From: Clostridiales bacterium
GTDB lineage: Bacteria; Bacillota; Clostridia; Christensenellales; Aristaeellaceae
NCBI GenBank assembly: GCA_015056305.1
Contig: SVGO01000001.1
Location: 1,602-65,601 of the forward strand
DNA length: 64,000 nt
Reading direction: 5' to 3'
The notes beneath the pieces are model-generated. The model was not told the origin of the DNA, searched no databases, and saw only the letters and a program-made list of their open reading frames with translations. The translations under genes were made by a program, and so were the position numbers. Positions 61,665 to 64,000 of this stretch are shown piece by piece. Numbering within the stretch: the stretch's first letter is position 1; each line of letters starts with the position of its first letter.

Positions 61665-63632
61665 TCAGCGCATGGCGCGCATCGCATTGAGCACGCAGAC
61701 GAGCGCCACGCCCACGTCCGCAAATACTGCCGCCCACATGCCCGCCAGGCCAAACGCGGCCAGAATGAGCACGGCAATCTTGATGCCAAGGGCAATAGCG
61801 ACATTCTGCCGGGCGAGCATGCGCACGCGGCGCGCGACTGCCAGCGCCTGCGGTAGGCGGTCCATCTCGTCGGTCATCAGCACGATATCCGCGGCCTCAA
61901 TCGCCGCATCGCTGCCCAGTGCGCCCATCGCCATACCCACGTCTGCGCGCACGAGCGCCGGCGCGTCATTGATGCCGTCGCCGACAAACGCACAGCCGCC
62001 CTCTTCGCAGATCGCCTCCAGCCGCTCCAGCTTGCCGCCCGGCAGCAGCTGCGCATGCACCTCGTCGATGCCCAGCTCATCTGCCACCGCCTGCGCCGGG
62101 GCTTCCCTGTCGCCGGTGAGCATCACCGTGCGCGACACGCCAAGTGCGCGCAGCTGAGCAAGCGCCTCTTTCGCGCCCGGCTTGACCACGTCGCTCAGAC
62201 AGATAAATCCAACGGCGCATCCGTCCAGGGATACATAGATGCGCGCGCTGTCGCTCTCGCAGTGCAGCTCGTCAAGCGCTACGCCGTTTTCCTGCATCAG
62301 CGCCGCATTGCCTGCAAGCGCCATCTTTCCGTCAGGCATCCTCGCGCATACGCCGCGTCCGGCGATTTCCCGCTCCAGCGTCATCGCAGCGGGCTCAATC
62401 CCGCGCGCTTGCGCCGCTTTTACTGCCGCGACGGCCAGGGGATGATTGCTGTCGCGCTCCGCGCCGGCGATCATGGAGAGTACATCCGTCTCAGCATAAC
62501 CCGCCGCCGGATGCACATGACAGACGTCAAATTCACCCGTGGTCAGCGTGCCTGTCTTATCCAGCACAACCGTCTCCACGCGGCACAGCGCGTCGAGGCT
62601 GTCGCCGCCCTTGATCAGCACGCCCCGCCTGGCCGCCGCGCCAATGCCCGCAAAATAGCACAGCGGCACCGAGATCACCAGCGCGCACGGGCAGGACGCC
62701 ACCAGGAACGTCAGCGCCCGATAAATCCACACGCGCCATCCGCCAAGGAACACCGGCGGCACAACCGCCAGCACGGCTGCCAGACCGACCACGATCGGCG
62801 TATACACGCGCGCAAACACCGTGATGAAGCGCTCGGCCGGCGCCTTGCGCTCCTGCGCCTTTTCAACCATGGTCAGAATCCGGCTGACGGAGGACTCGGC
62901 AAGCGGTTTCTCCACGCGCGCGGTAATCACGCCGTTTTGGCTGACAAAGCCGGCCAGCACGCGCTCGCCCGGCTCCGCTGCGCGCGGCGCACCCTCGCCT
63001 GTGAGCGCGGAGGTGTCCATCTCGCTCATACCCGAGAGCACGACCGCGTCCAGCGGCACGCGCTCGCCCGGGCGTACGCGGATCACATCGCCCACCTGCA
63101 CAGCAGCCGGATCACAGGGCATATATTCACCGTCCCGCAGGACAAAGGCCTCGTCTGCCTTGAGCGAGAGCAGCGCCTTTACCTGCCTGCGCGAGCGGCC
63201 AACGGCATACGCCTGGCAGCACTCGCCCACCTGATAAAACAGCATAACCGCGCAGCCCTCGCTCATCTCGCCGATGGCCATCGCCGCCAAAGACGCAACC
63301 GCCATCAGGAAATGCTCATTGAGCATGCGGCCCCGCCTCAGCGAGCGCCACGCGTTTTTCAGCACGTCATAACCGGAGACCACATAGCACAAGAGCAGCA
63401 GCCCCGCTTTGATCAGCGCCGGAAGGGGCAGAATCATGCCCGCCGCAAACAGCGCAAGCGCAGCAAGCAGGCGCGGGAGTTCTTCTTTTACGGCTTCGTC
63501 ATTGTCGTGATCATGCCCGCAGGAGCAGCCGCAGGTACAGCTGTGCTCAGCCTCATGATCGTGGTCGCACCCGCAGGCGCAGCTATGTTCGTTCTCATGA
63601 CAGCCGCATCCTTCATGCTTATGCGCGCTCAT
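61665..63632 (-). CDS. heavy-metal (Cd/Zn/Co-type) P1B-type ATPase
   Basis: His/Cys-rich N-terminus. CPC in SCPCALVISVP. DKTGTLT. GDGINDAP. ATG at 63632. Confidence 0.9.
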   Translation of the reverse strand: MSAHKHEGCGCHENEHSCACGCDHDHEAEHSCTCGCSCGHDHDNDEAVKEELPRLLAALALFAAGMILPLPALIKAGLLLLCYVVSGYDVLKNAWRSLRRGRMLNEHFLMAVASLAAMAIGEMSEGCAVMLFYQVGECCQAYAVGRSRRQVKALLSLKADEAFVLRDGEYMPCDPAAVQVGDVIRVRPGERVPLDAVVLSGMSEMDTSALTGEGAPRAAEPGERVLAGFVSQNGVITARVEKPLAESSVSRILTMVEKAQERKAPAERFITVFARVYTPIVVGLAAVLAVVPPVFLGGWRVWIYRALTFLVASCPCALVISVPLCYFAGIGAAARRGVLIKGGDSLDALCRVETVVLDKTGTLTTGEFDVCHVHPAAGYAETDVLSMIAGAERDSNHPLAVAAVKAAQARGIEPAAMTLEREIAGRGVCARMPDGKMALAGNAALMQENGVALDELHCESDSARIYVSLDGCAVGFICLSDVVKPGAKEALAQLRALGVSRTVMLTGDREAPAQAVADELGIDEVHAQLLPGGKLERLEAICEEGGCAFVGDGINDAPALVRADVGMAMGALGSDAAIEAADIVLMTDEMDRLPQALAVARRVRMLARQNVAIALGIKIAVLILAAFGLAGMWAAVFADVGVALVCVLNAMRAMR

Positions 63633-63663
63633 ATAAATTCCCCCCAACCCGAAGAAACGATTC

Positions 63664-63689
63664 ATCATTTCATTGATTAATGAAATGAT
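63664..63689. promoter_or_regulatory. 11-4-11 inverted repeat, candidate ArsR/SmtB operator upstream of the ATPase
   Basis: atcatttcatt-gatt-aatgaaatgat, about 30 nt upstream of the start codon. Confidence 0.45.
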
Positions 63690-63740
63690 AGCACGGGAAC
63701 AGCGGCCTGTCAAGCAGACCGCTGAACTTTATTTTGCTTT

Positions 63741-64000
63741 TCACGCGTTCATGCGCGCGGCAATCTCGTGCAGCTTCTCGCGGATGGGCAGGGACTGCGG
63801 GCAGGCCTTTTCGCACTTGCCGCAGCTCTTGCACTTGTCCGCGCGCTCGTCTTCGTCCATCTCCTTCCACCGGGAGACAAGGCCGCGCTCGTTAGAATAC
63901 TTGGCGAAGTTGTTCATCATCGCGAAATTGCGCGGGATATTCACGCCGAACGGACAGGGCATGCAGTACTTGCAGTCCGTGCAGCCCACGAAAGTGCGCT
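63741..64000 (-). CDS. C-terminal 4Fe-4S domain of an aldo/keto-reductase-type oxidoreductase (partial, runs off the window)
   Basis: CTDCKYCMPCP and CKSCGKCEKACP cluster motifs. The frame stays open to the window edge. Confidence 0.5.
   Translation of the reverse strand, partial: RTFVGCTDCKYCMPCPFGVNIPRNFAMMNNFAKYSNERGLVSRWKEMDEDERADKCKSCGKCEKACPQSLPIREKLHEIAARMNA

Overview
This is a high-GC, Clostridia-like chromosomal segment (taxon is inference only). It has three parts.

(1) A tRNA-Leu(CAA) gene at 343-426 is the integration site of an intact-looking temperate prophage of about 40.1 kb (402-40549). The prophage is bounded by a perfect 27-bp direct repeat equal to the tRNA 3' end. From left to right it carries:
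- a lysis cassette (holin, NlpC/P60 endolysin);
- a 3,057-aa giant multi-domain ORF;
- a head module (portal, N4-gp56-like capsid, scaffold, TerL, TerS) with no recognisable tail tube, sheath or tape-measure genes;
- a ~0.9-kb structured non-coding hub;
- an oppositely oriented ArdC-like anti-restriction unit;
- a long leftward early operon (late-activator candidate, RuvC-like resolvase, Lar-like Zn ribbon, ThyX, MazG, SNF2-helicase/MTase fusion, C5-MTase with six repeated TRD-like modules, DnaB, replisome organizer with in-gene iterons, SSB-like protein, Sak4-like ATPase, S24-like protein, Cro);
- a CI/Cro switch, two signal-peptide morons and a tyrosine integrase.

(2) A ~4.3-kb decayed relative of that prophage lies in tandem (40550 to ~44870). 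It has an endolysin paralog, a metallophosphoesterase fibre, a collagen-like fibre, an adaptor paralog and a candidate short portal 3' stub.

(3) About 19 kb of host genes follow: rRNA methyltransferases, an MBL hydrolase, GT-C-like membrane proteins, an ECF S-component, a DHH phosphoesterase, CapA, an LCP protein, ApgM, an ArsR regulator and a P1B ATPase. These are punctuated by a family of triple-hairpin REP/MITE-like repeats that bracket intrinsic terminators.

No CRISPR array, rRNA gene, reverse transcriptase or transposase was seen. The best novelty candidates are the giant virion-module ORF and the layered counter-restriction gene set. All functional calls come from motifs read by eye, and no database search was run.
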